Virus record (IMG/VR): IMGVR_UViG_3300042341_001047
Length of the DNA stretch: 64,000 bases
Strand: one strand, 5' to 3'
Source: a virus
The notes below the pieces were generated by a model that worked only from the letters and a program-made list of their open reading frames with translations, did not search any database and was not told where the DNA came from. Of the stretch, positions 18,270 to 26,853 are shown one piece after another. The stretch's first letter is position 1. The number at the start of each line of letters is the position of its first letter. The position numbers were made by a program, and so were the translations under genes.

Positions 18270-19427
18270 TTAATTTCCATTATTAGCATTATTAGGGTCC
18301 TGAGCATTAGGATTTATATTTCCACCTGATGCTCTTTCTCTTGCCTTCAGTATATTATTAAACCATCTAGTTCTTTTTGGTCGAATATCATAAAAGTCAG
18401 TATTTGCAAAAGAACCTAAAGGATCACCTGGACTTGTAGAACCTTGTGTATTATAGAACGATCCAGTCACACCAATATTTCCATTTGGACCTTGATTACC
18501 ACCAGCATTCTCACTACCACCAACGGTACCAAATGCGGGATTGATAGCTCCACCACCAGGACCACCAGATCCACCAGGACCGCCACCAACATATCCACTA
18601 GGATTTTGTTGATTTCCTGAACCAGGAGAACCAGGAAAAGCACCAGGAGCACCACCAAAAGAATTTGAACTACCATAACCCGGAGAACCAGGTTGTGCAA
18701 AACTATCAGAAATTCCACCAGCCAATGCAAATCCATTTGAATCAGCCATACCCGAACCTTGTGTTTGAGGATATCCAGTTGAATTAATTCTATCTCTTCT
18801 AAAAGCTGGATAATAAGTCTCAACAGTAAAAGAAACTTTTAATTTAATATTATTATCAGATGTTAAATTCTTCTCTCTAGCCATTTCTATTGAATTACTA
18901 TCAGGCATCAATATAACAGCATCTATATTCATAAAGTTATGTTCAAAATACATAAATTTATATAACCAAAGTGTGTCTAATATTGCTTGACTACATTTAA
19001 AGGTATCTATCTCAGAACTAAGTAATATTTCTAAATCATAATTTACCGTAACCGGAACTGCTCTAACTTTAGCTAAAACTTTTCTAATCTCAACCTCGTT
19101 CTCAACAACCATTCTTAACCAAACATTAGGGTTGGCGAATTCATCAGATTTAATATTAAATCCAGTCATAGTTAGGTGCCCTCTTGGTATTAAATCAGTG
19201 TTTAATTCAACAAATCTGTTTTCAGAAACAATATCATCTTGAAAAGAATCTAGTAAAAATCTTTCATCTCCTGTAAGAGAGTAGTAAAAAGGAACCTGAA
19301 CAAATTTATCACCTGAGGAAAATCTATTAATCCATTTTATCTGACCTTCAAGTGTATCTAAAACACAAACGGTAAGATCTCTAAAAAATATGTCTTCGAA
19401 ATTAAATCTTTCTCCTATCATAGTCAT
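18270..19427 (-). CDS. gp15: tail completion/sheath stabiliser, gp15-like, with Gly/Pro/Asn-rich tail
   Basis: VPFYY...ERFL, IPRG, VPVTVNYDLEIL, VETYYP; low-complexity C-terminal ~170 aa. Confidence 0.7.
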   Translation of the reverse strand: MTMIGERFNFEDIFFRDLTVCVLDTLEGQIKWINRFSSGDKFVQVPFYYSLTGDERFLLDSFQDDIVSENRFVELNTDLIPRGHLTMTGFNIKSDEFANPNVWLRMVVENEVEIRKVLAKVRAVPVTVNYDLEILLSSEIDTFKCSQAILDTLWLYKFMYFEHNFMNIDAVILMPDSNSIEMAREKNLTSDNNIKLKVSFTVETYYPAFRRDRINSTGYPQTQGSGMADSNGFALAGGISDSFAQPGSPGYGSSNSFGGAPGAFPGSPGSGNQQNPSGYVGGGPGGSGGPGGGAINPAFGTVGGSENAGGNQGPNGNIGVTGSFYNTQGSTSPGDPLGSFANTDFYDIRPKRTRWFNNILKARERASGGNINPNAQDPNNANNGN

Positions 19428-19488
19428 ATATATTAAATATAAACTTTCTCTTCATGAGATTATATACCTATTAATTAAGCGAATAAAT

Positions 19489-20451
19489 ATGTCTGTTAAA
19501 TCATTACTATTATGGGAAAAGTGGCGTCCAAAAACTATGGAGGATGTCATTCTTTTACCTAGAATCAGGAAACACTTTGAAAATGGTGTCAATCAAAACT
19601 TTATATTCTATGGTCACTTTGGAACTGGAAAAACAAGTTTGGCTAGAATTCTTATTGGAAAATATACAAAAGATAAACCATTTTTAGAACTTAACTCTTC
19701 TTTATACACATCTATTGATGTTTTAAGAAGTGAGATTGAAGATTTCTGTAAGTTCACTCCAATGATGGAGACTGATTCCGATATTAAATATATTTTCTTA
19801 GATGAGTTTGAAAGAGTGTCGGCTCAATTCCAAGACGCATTCAAAGCATTTATTGAAAAATATAATAAGAATGTTAGATTTATCATTACAACGAATCACT
19901 TAAATAAGATTTCAGATGGTATTAAATCAAGAATACCCCAAATAAATTTTGATTGTCAAAATCTTGAAGAAGAGAAATATCTTAAACAAGAAGTTTACAG
20001 AAGAATCAACAATGTAATTCTACCTAAAGAAGGTAAAGAAATTCCTAAAGAAGATTTAGTTTCTATTATTACTAAAAAGTTTCCTGACTTCAGATCTATA
20101 ATGGTCGAGGTTCAAAACTATTTAGAAACTGGTAGTTTAGGTGAAAATTCATCCAATGTGTCTAATAAGGTAAAATTAGATTTATACTCTTGTATATATG
20201 ATAAGTCAATGGATTATGAAAAGATATATCACTTCTTAATGTCTAACTTTGGACCTGAAAAAATTGATGTAATGATTAAACTATTAGGTAAACCATTTAT
20301 TGATTGGTCTATATCCGAAAGTAAGAATATAGATAAATTATTTGATTGTAATTTTATTATAGCTGATTATTCATCTAAGTTAGAAACTAATACAGATCCA
20401 ATAATATTGGGTCTGACTATAATTGGAAAGTTTAGAGACATTTTAAATTAA
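19489..20451 (+). CDS. gp44: clamp loader AAA+ subunit, gp44/RFC-like
   Basis: LWEKWRPKT, GHFGTGKTS Walker A, IFLDEFE Walker B, FPDFR. Start moved to ATG 19489 to avoid overlap with gp15. Confidence 0.9.
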   Translation: MSVKSLLLWEKWRPKTMEDVILLPRIRKHFENGVNQNFIFYGHFGTGKTSLARILIGKYTKDKPFLELNSSLYTSIDVLRSEIEDFCKFTPMMETDSDIKYIFLDEFERVSAQFQDAFKAFIEKYNKNVRFIITTNHLNKISDGIKSRIPQINFDCQNLEEEKYLKQEVYRRINNVILPKEGKEIPKEDLVSIITKKFPDFRSIMVEVQNYLETGSLGENSSNVSNKVKLDLYSCIYDKSMDYEKIYHFLMSNFGPEKIDVMIKLLGKPFIDWSISESKNIDKLFDCNFIIADYSSKLETNTDPIILGLTIIGKFRDILN

Positions 20452-20482
20452 ATAAGGGTATAATATATTTAATATATATGTT

Positions 20483-20857
20483 ATGCCAGCTGATTTTACA
20501 GATTTCTACATATTATACCCAGGTCATCCAAGATTCACTGATTCAAAAATCATCGAAGATGATATTATAAGTGTCATTATACAAAAATGGCAGATGATAT
20601 TATTTACTAATAAAGGTGATGTTTTTGGATTACCAAATTTTGGAGGAAATTTAGTAGAATTACTACATGAAACAAGACTATCAGCTGATGTAATACAAGG
20701 AGATCTTACACAACAAATATTATCCTATATACCAGAAATATCTGGATTACCATACACATTAAAAGTAAACATATATGAGGATCCTGAAAGATATCAGGAA
20801 TGGATGGAAATAGCCTTCACTATATCAGAATATGAAGTTTATGTAAGTGTTATCTAA
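20483..20857 (+). CDS. gp25: baseplate wedge protein, gp25-like
   Basis: ILFTNKGDVFGLPNFGGNL.ELLHE...I..YIPE pattern. Confidence 0.75.
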   Translation: MPADFTDFYILYPGHPRFTDSKIIEDDIISVIIQKWQMILFTNKGDVFGLPNFGGNLVELLHETRLSADVIQGDLTQQILSYIPEISGLPYTLKVNIYEDPERYQEWMEIAFTISEYEVYVSVI

Positions 20858-20887
20858 AATTGACTGGATTTTTTTATATATAGTATT

Positions 20888-21415
20888 ATGAAAAAACTAG
20901 TTTATCTAAAGAAATTTAATGAAGCATCTGAAGAAGAATGTGACTTTGAAACATTTAAGGAAATAATGATGGATTTATCTGATTATTTTCAATGTGAATT
21001 TCATGATTATACCAAAAATCTTGATAATGGCTTTCTAGAAAATGATTATTTTTATGATTGTGAATTAACTATACCTCAGATAACCAATGATGATGTAGAT
21101 GAAGAAGGAACATATCTAACAGCTAGATACCTAAATGATATATTACCACCAACAGATGACCCACAAGATGTCACTGAATTCTATACAGAATTACAAGACT
21201 CTGTTGACAATCAAATTGAAAATCTTCAAAAATTAAAGAATAACTTAGATGTTATTATGAGTAATAATAACAAAATTAAAAATATATTCAAAATTTTAGA
21301 AGAAGAAATAGTTCCAAGATTTGAACACTTTTCAAACTTTGAATTATGTTCAGTTGGATTTGACGGAGATGTAATTAGAATTTCTTTTGATATGCCCGAA
21401 CCCGAAGAGGATTAA
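20888..21415 (+). CDS. acidic hypothetical protein with capsid-targeting-like leader
   Basis: Starts MKKLVYLKKFNE; TTATATATA just upstream. Confidence 0.7.
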   Translation: MKKLVYLKKFNEASEEECDFETFKEIMMDLSDYFQCEFHDYTKNLDNGFLENDYFYDCELTIPQITNDDVDEEGTYLTARYLNDILPPTDDPQDVTEFYTELQDSVDNQIENLQKLKNNLDVIMSNNNKIKNIFKILEEEIVPRFEHFSNFELCSVGFDGDVIRISFDMPEPEED

Positions 21416-22023
21416 ATAGGACAACTACTAGCAGTATAAATATACTTATAATCTCTTTTAATTTTAACCCCAAGACTTTCAGCGGTTGTAACTACATCTT
21501 CTAAACATTCAGAATCAGCACCACCAACAATTGTAACTTCTCTACCTTTTAACGATTTAAGTAGTTCATATAATTTCTTAGGAACGTGAAACCAGACATG
21601 ATTATTATTTATAAAAGTAATAATAGTTCCTTCTTTAGTATTGAAGATATCACCTTTTTTCAAAGTTTTCTCTTCTTCCATTTTACTAACTTTGTTATAA
21701 ACTTCTTTATCTAAAATCTTTTTATAAAAATCAGCATCTACATCATAGTTATATCTTTTTTCTATAAGGTCTTTCTGATTAGGGAAATGATAAAGGTCTT
21801 TATGAACTGGAATATCAGGTTTATCATCATATAAATAATCTTTATCCACATTTTTACCATCGACATGATTATCCCACAATTGATAAACATTTTGAAAGTT
21901 TTTACAATACTTTTTCAATTCATTTAAGTACATCTCAGAAAAGAACTTTTTAAATGACTTCTGAACATCAACAATAATCAATGTATCATCGTTATAACTC
22001 TCAAATGTTTTAATGAATTTCAT
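21412..22023 (-). CDS. isochorismatase/cysteine-hydrolase family protein with capsid-targeting-like leader
   Basis: LIIVDVQKSF and VTIVGGADSECLEDV (Asp and Cys catalytic motifs); starts MKFIKTFES. Confidence 0.7.
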   Translation of the reverse strand: MKFIKTFESYNDDTLIIVDVQKSFKKFFSEMYLNELKKYCKNFQNVYQLWDNHVDGKNVDKDYLYDDKPDIPVHKDLYHFPNQKDLIEKRYNYDVDADFYKKILDKEVYNKVSKMEEEKTLKKGDIFNTKEGTIITFINNNHVWFHVPKKLYELLKSLKGREVTIVGGADSECLEDVVTTAESLGVKIKRDYKYIYTASSCPI

Positions 22024-22039
22024 ATACTATATATTAAAT

Positions 22040-22069
22040 AAAAAACCCATCAATTTCTTGATGGGTTTT
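22040..22069. terminator. intrinsic terminator
   Basis: AAAAAACCCATCAA-TTTC-TTGATGGGTTTT. Confidence 0.8.
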
Positions 22070-22090
22070 AATTCTTTGAATATTTATAGA

Positions 22091-22768
22091 TTAAAGAGGT
22101 AATTCTTCTTCACCTTCTTCAGTTTCTTCTTCCTCTTCTTCCTCTTCTTCACCTTGAGCTGGTTGAGCTTGTGCTTGTCCTTGAACTGGTTGTGCTTGAC
22201 CTTGTGCTTGTGCTTGACCTTGTGCTTGACCTTGTGCTTGACCTTGTGCTTGACCTTGACCTTGACCTTGTGCTGGTTCTTCAAATTCACCTTGAGTTTG
22301 TCCTTGAGCTGGTTGAGCTTGTCCTTGAGCTGGTTGAGCTTGTGCTTGACCTTCTGGTTGAGCCTGTGGCTGAGCCTGTGGTTGAGCCTGTGGCTGAGCT
22401 TGTGGTTGAGCTTGTGGTTGAGTTTGAGCCTCACCTTCAGTTTGTACTTGTGGTTGTGCTTGACCTTGAGTTTGTCCTTGTGCTTGACCACCCATTAATG
22501 CTCCACCTGGAATTTTTTCAACATCTAAGTTGTTCATATTGATATACTTAACGATTTCTTCAGCGATGTCAACATCACCAAAAAATTGACGAAGGTTTTT
22601 ACCAGTAGTATCTTTTACTTTCTTCACATAAGCATTAATTAATGACTGAGGAATATCAATCATAGTCTTAACTTTATAAATATCGTTTACTTGAAAAACA
22701 GACTCTTTAATAATTTCTTCTCTGTTCTTTTTAATACGATAGGTTTCAAATGTTCTAATATGCTTCAT
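22091..22768 (-). CDS. protein with capsid-targeting-like leader, Q/A/P/G repeats and poly-Glu tail
   Basis: Starts MKHIRTFETY; ~90-aa globular part, then QAQP/QAQG repeats and an E-rich end. Confidence 0.8.
   Translation of the reverse strand: MKHIRTFETYRIKKNREEIIKESVFQVNDIYKVKTMIDIPQSLINAYVKKVKDTTGKNLRQFFGDVDIAEEIVKYINMNNLDVEKIPGGALMGGQAQGQTQGQAQPQVQTEGEAQTQPQAQPQAQPQAQPQAQPQAQPEGQAQAQPAQGQAQPAQGQTQGEFEEPAQGQGQGQAQGQAQGQAQGQAQAQGQAQPVQGQAQAQPAQGEEEEEEEEETEEGEEELPL
22150..22487 (-). repeat. 12-bp tandem repeats encoding QAQG/QAQP
   Basis: GACCTTGTGCTT and GAGC(C/T)TGTGG(C/T)T arrays on the + strand. Confidence 0.9.
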
Positions 22769-22826
22769 TTTATTTGAATATTTTTTATAGATTATATATT
22801 AAGTCTAAAAACTCATTTTTTATCAT

Positions 22827-23336
22827 TTAATGAATAAGTAAAGATAATACTAAGCCTATTATAGCCACTCCACCGATACCACCACCAATAATCATTTTTA
22901 CTTTTTGTTTGTGAATTTTATCTAAGTGTAATTTTATTTCTTTATCCTTATTCTCTATTTCTTTAATATATGTAAGTTCTTTATTCTTATAATCAATAAT
23001 TTGACTTTGTAGGTTTGATATTTCCTTGTCTTTAACTACTATTAAAGACTTTTGATTATTTAATTGAACCTCTTGACTAGCAATCACCATATCTTTTTCA
23101 TTAATAACTTTAATACAAGCGGAATCAACTGATCCTATTTGAACATTAAGTTTTTCAAAAAGTGGAATTAAATCTGTTTTATTATCAAGTGCTTGTGCTT
23201 GTTCAATTGTCATCACAATAACTTTTTGACCCAATGAGTCAGTCTCAAATCTCGGATATTCTATTACTTGAGCCGAAACACTCATTGTTAAAAATAAAAA
23301 AGATACACAAATAATATATTTAATTAAATTTTTCAT
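22827..23336 (-). CDS. secreted coiled-coil protein with C-terminal TM, spanin-like candidate
   Basis: Signal peptide ending SVSA|Q, coiled coil, C-terminal IIGGGIGGVAIIGLVLSLLI. Confidence 0.5.
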   Translation of the reverse strand: MKNLIKYIICVSFLFLTMSVSAQVIEYPRFETDSLGQKVIVMTIEQAQALDNKTDLIPLFEKLNVQIGSVDSACIKVINEKDMVIASQEVQLNNQKSLIVVKDKEISNLQSQIIDYKNKELTYIKEIENKDKEIKLHLDKIHKQKVKMIIGGGIGGVAIIGLVLSLLIH

Positions 23337-23749
23337 TTTATTGTTTTAATTTTTAGAGAATTAATTAAATCCTGATCAGTTCTATTAGGAGGATTATTTT
23401 TTAATTCTTGAATTTTCTTTCTTGTTTCTTCCATCTCCTTTAATAACTTATTAAGTTGTTCTTTAGAAGCATTAGCTTTAGTTTTAAATTTCTGTATTTC
23501 TAATTCTTGATCAGAAATTTTAATTTTTAATAGAGAATCTTGTTTTCTCAACTCATTAAAACTAATATTAAGAGAGTTTAAGTGTAATTGAATCGAATCT
23601 CTCTTTTCATGAAGTTCTTTGTTCTCTTGTTTTAATTTTTTTAAGTCATCTTTATAGTTATCACTTCCTCTGAAATACCACATATAGAAAAATATAAGTG
23701 AGAATCCAAGTAATACCAAAATCAGTATAGATTTAATATCCAGTTTCAT
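23333..23749 (-). CDS. N-terminal TM plus coiled coil, i-spanin (Rz)-like candidate
   Basis: One N-terminal hydrophobic helix then a long heptad region; ATGA overlap with the next gene. Confidence 0.55.
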   Translation of the reverse strand: MKLDIKSILILVLLGFSLIFFYMWYFRGSDNYKDDLKKLKQENKELHEKRDSIQLHLNSLNISFNELRKQDSLLKIKISDQELEIQKFKTKANASKEQLNKLLKEMEETRKKIQELKNNPPNRTDQDLINSLKIKTIK

Positions 23750-23861
23750 AAAAACTTTTTAATTTTAATGATATATATAAAATAATAAATGTTTCGTGAT
23801 AAATTATTATCTTTTTAATATTTTCACTATATTTGCATTCGATAAAATTTATAAATAGTAA

Positions 23862-24389
23862 ATGAAGTATAAAAGATTAATATCATTCGATTTTGATGAC
23901 ACCTTATGTCACACGCCAAAACCCGAAGAAGGTGAAAAAATTTGGAAAGAAAAAACCGGAACAGATTGGCCATACAATGGTTGGTGGGGTAGACCAGAAA
24001 GTATTGATCCAGAAATATTTTATGTACCATTAAATCAATGGGTATATGCTAAGTATTTAGAAGCAGTGGCTGATCCAGATAACTATGTTATTTTAGCAAC
24101 TGGTCGTCTTAAAAAGAAGGAAGGAATGCTTGCTAATGTTATGAGTATTCTAAATCAACACAATTTATCATTTGATGAAATCCACTTAAACTGGGGAGGT
24201 GACACATATAACTTTAAAACTAAACTATTTGAAGAAAAAATAGAAGAACTTGGTGTTAAAGAGTTTGTTATGTATGATGATAGACACGAACACTTAGTTA
24301 AATTTGAAGAATGGGCATCTGAACATCATGTTGATGTAACAATAGTAGACGTTATTAAAAAAGAAGAGACTAAATATAAAAATATATAA
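23862..24389 (+). CDS. HAD phosphatase, Swiss-Army-Knife RNA-repair-like (HAD_SAK)
   Basis: FDFDDTLCHTP, WW.RPES, LATGR, MYDDRHEH; TATATTTG element at 23828-23835. Confidence 0.75.
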   Translation: MKYKRLISFDFDDTLCHTPKPEEGEKIWKEKTGTDWPYNGWWGRPESIDPEIFYVPLNQWVYAKYLEAVADPDNYVILATGRLKKKEGMLANVMSILNQHNLSFDEIHLNWGGDTYNFKTKLFEEKIEELGVKEFVMYDDRHEHLVKFEEWASEHHVDVTIVDVIKKEETKYKNI

Positions 24390-24392
24390 TTT

Positions 24393-24677
24393 ATGGCAAC
24401 AATTACAAAGAAGAAAACAAAATCGAAAGTACAAGAAATTTTAGCAAAACCTTATAAGCTAATTCTTCACAATGATGATCACAATACATTTGATTGGGTT
24501 ATTACTTGTTTAATGAAAGTTTGTAACCACGAGTTAGAACAAGCTAATCAATGTGCTCATATAATTCACTATAGAGGAAAGTGTGATGTTAAATACGGAG
24601 ATTTAGAAACAATCTCAACAATGAAAGATAAACTAAGAGGTGCTGGTCTTTCAGCAACTATGGAGTCTAATGATTAA
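24393..24677 (+). CDS. clpS: Clp protease adaptor ClpS
   Basis: YKLILHNDDHNTFDWVI.CL...A..IH.RGKC.V, GLSA. Confidence 0.9.
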   Translation: MATITKKKTKSKVQEILAKPYKLILHNDDHNTFDWVITCLMKVCNHELEQANQCAHIIHYRGKCDVKYGDLETISTMKDKLRGAGLSATMESND

Positions 24678-26803
24678 CTATTAAACCAGTTTTTCCCCTG
24701 ACTACCTTTATATCTATTCATTTGTTGCTTTCTTATTTTCAGGACTTGTCCATAATCAACTCCGTCAACATAGTCCATATTTTTAAGACTTTCTTGAACA
24801 TAGTTTGTAAATTCTTTATCAACAAATTTACTAGACCAATCCTCTACCATTTCAGAAAATTCATGTCTACTAAATATAGTAGTAGCATTAACTATAGTCA
24901 TAACACTATCATCATTCCCAACATCAGCCGCATATCTAGTATTACCGGCTGTTGTTGTGTGCTTGACAAAAGTTGTTATTTCTCTGATATTATCTTCATT
25001 GTTTATAACAAATGATTTACTTTGCATTAGGTCTTGATAATCTTTAACCATAAGATTTTTATTCTCACCTACCTTTAAACCCATTTTTTCTTCAGTTGCG
25101 TCAGCTCTATGTTTATATCTAACAAAAACCGAAGAACCATAGTTATTATTACCATCAAAAACATGTGGTAACTCAGCAAATAAAGTATTACCATAGTTAT
25201 TTAACTCAACTACTACTTTAATATTTTCTGGATTTAAGTATTCAAAGACGATCATATAAAGTAACTCAGCTAATTGTTTAACTGAAATAAAATTATTTCT
25301 GAAAATACCAATTTGTTCTAGTCTAAAGAAATCAACAATAGATTTATAAGACGCTTTTTGAGATTCTATGAGATCTTTCGGTTTCTCAGAAACTCTAAAA
25401 ATGTTTATTATAGAGTAATCTTGACCTAAACCTTCAGATATATCAACTGAAATGACTATTTTATAATCTTTTCTTTTAAGTGGTATGAATATATCATCAT
25501 CATCAACCCACTTTAAGTCGTTATAACTAAATTTAAGTTTTCTATCAAACTCTTGTATTTCTTCAAATACATAGTTCTTTTTATTTCTCAACAAATCATC
25601 AATAATAGCCTCATTAAGTAATGATTTAGAAGCATTAATAAATCTTAGTCCATATTCTTGATTGAAGGCATCTTCACCACCGATATCCTTTATAGCCTCT
25701 TCTTTCCAAGTTGTCATTTCAGATATAGCTAAAATAGGAACTTCAAATCCATTCTTATCAATAAAAGTTGTTTTCTTAACTTCTTCATCTGTACATTTAT
25801 CATTATTATAAACATAGATAACATCTTTCATATTATCAGTGATATACTTCATCTCAAGTTTTGTATGTTGAGACCATCTATCCTGCACTACTTGAAATAT
25901 CTCTTCTTTAGTAACACCATACTCATACATTTTATGAGCGTTTAATCTAATATAAGTTATAAATCGACCCGGAACTTGATACCAATAAACCCTCATCGCT
26001 TTATAGTTATTCTTTAGTGGATCTCCATCTGGTCGTTCAGCATCAATTAGTAATCTATGGAATAAATTCATACCATTTGGAGTTGATGTAATAATAATCT
26101 TTGAATTTTGAACGGCTGATACGGTTGGGAAAGCAGCAGTATAGTAAGGTTCAATAATATTTGAAGGAATATGAGCAAACTCATCTAAGTAAAGTACGTC
26201 AATCGTAAAACCAATAGCCGGAGTCTTTGTTCTAGCAGATGTTTTAATTCTACATCCATTTTCAAATGTTAATGACTTCTGATTCCAAGTTTTAATACCG
26301 GGTTTTAAGAAGAAAGGTAATAAAGAGTAGATAGATTTAATCTTATCAACAATTTCAACAGCGGTATCACCTTTGTTGGCAACAATCATTATGTTCTTAT
26401 CATTATTAAATAGAATAGTATGTAACATAAAAATAGAAGATGAGATAGTCTTACCTACCTGACGAGATGCCATTAAAATACTAAATCTATTATTAACAAA
26501 GTTGTCAAGCATTTCTTTCTGATAATCTCTTAGTAGAATATTATCAATAGATCCATCTTCTGTTTTAACCTTACAATATTTTTCGGTAAAGTAGTGAACA
26601 TCTAAAGCACATCTAACATACTCCTGTTGTTCGTCAGGTGTCATCTTAAATGAGGCACCCGCTCTTCGAAGACCAACCTCACTTTTTAACCAAGGGTTTT
26701 GGTATCTTTTAACGACTACTCCATCGTTTATTTTATCTGTTGCTTCATCTACTAATTTAGTAGTGAAAATCATCTGTCTTTCTTGTTGTTTAGCTACTGC
26801 CAT
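24674..26803 (-). CDS. gp17: terminase large subunit, gp17-like
   Basis: LRDYQ, ASRQVGKT Walker A, LYLDEFA Walker B, ITSTPNG, VDISEGLGQDYS nuclease motif, NDDSVM. Confidence 0.95.
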   Translation of the reverse strand: MAVAKQQERQMIFTTKLVDEATDKINDGVVVKRYQNPWLKSEVGLRRAGASFKMTPDEQQEYVRCALDVHYFTEKYCKVKTEDGSIDNILLRDYQKEMLDNFVNNRFSILMASRQVGKTISSSIFMLHTILFNNDKNIMIVANKGDTAVEIVDKIKSIYSLLPFFLKPGIKTWNQKSLTFENGCRIKTSARTKTPAIGFTIDVLYLDEFAHIPSNIIEPYYTAAFPTVSAVQNSKIIITSTPNGMNLFHRLLIDAERPDGDPLKNNYKAMRVYWYQVPGRFITYIRLNAHKMYEYGVTKEEIFQVVQDRWSQHTKLEMKYITDNMKDVIYVYNNDKCTDEEVKKTTFIDKNGFEVPILAISEMTTWKEEAIKDIGGEDAFNQEYGLRFINASKSLLNEAIIDDLLRNKKNYVFEEIQEFDRKLKFSYNDLKWVDDDDIFIPLKRKDYKIVISVDISEGLGQDYSIINIFRVSEKPKDLIESQKASYKSIVDFFRLEQIGIFRNNFISVKQLAELLYMIVFEYLNPENIKVVVELNNYGNTLFAELPHVFDGNNNYGSSVFVRYKHRADATEEKMGLKVGENKNLMVKDYQDLMQSKSFVINNEDNIREITTFVKHTTTAGNTRYAADVGNDDSVMTIVNATTIFSRHEFSEMVEDWSSKFVDKEFTNYVQESLKNMDYVDGVDYGQVLKIRKQQMNRYKGSQGKNWFNS

Positions 26804-26826
26804 AATTTTAGGAACAATATCTTTTT

Positions 26827-26836
26827 AATATATATT
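26827..26836. promoter_or_regulatory. palindromic putative late promoter AATATATATT between the terminase genes
   Basis: Perfect 10-bp palindrome in the 50-bp divergent gap. Confidence 0.55.
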
Positions 26837-26853
26837 GTAAAAAACCACCTTCT

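Noticed and set aside
19390-19488. N-terminal extension of the clamp loader in the ORF track
   Set aside because: Overlaps the divergent gp15 start and promoter; homology begins near ATG 19489.
22084-22542. Three alternative-frame ORFs (KHKL, LSLW and LVLD repeats)
   Set aside because: Shadows of the stop-free 12-bp repeat in the Q-rich gene 22091-22768.
25709-25963. Intein in terminase
   Set aside because: Lacks N-terminal Cys/Ser, C-terminal His-Asn and LAGLIDADG motifs; kept only as an insertion.
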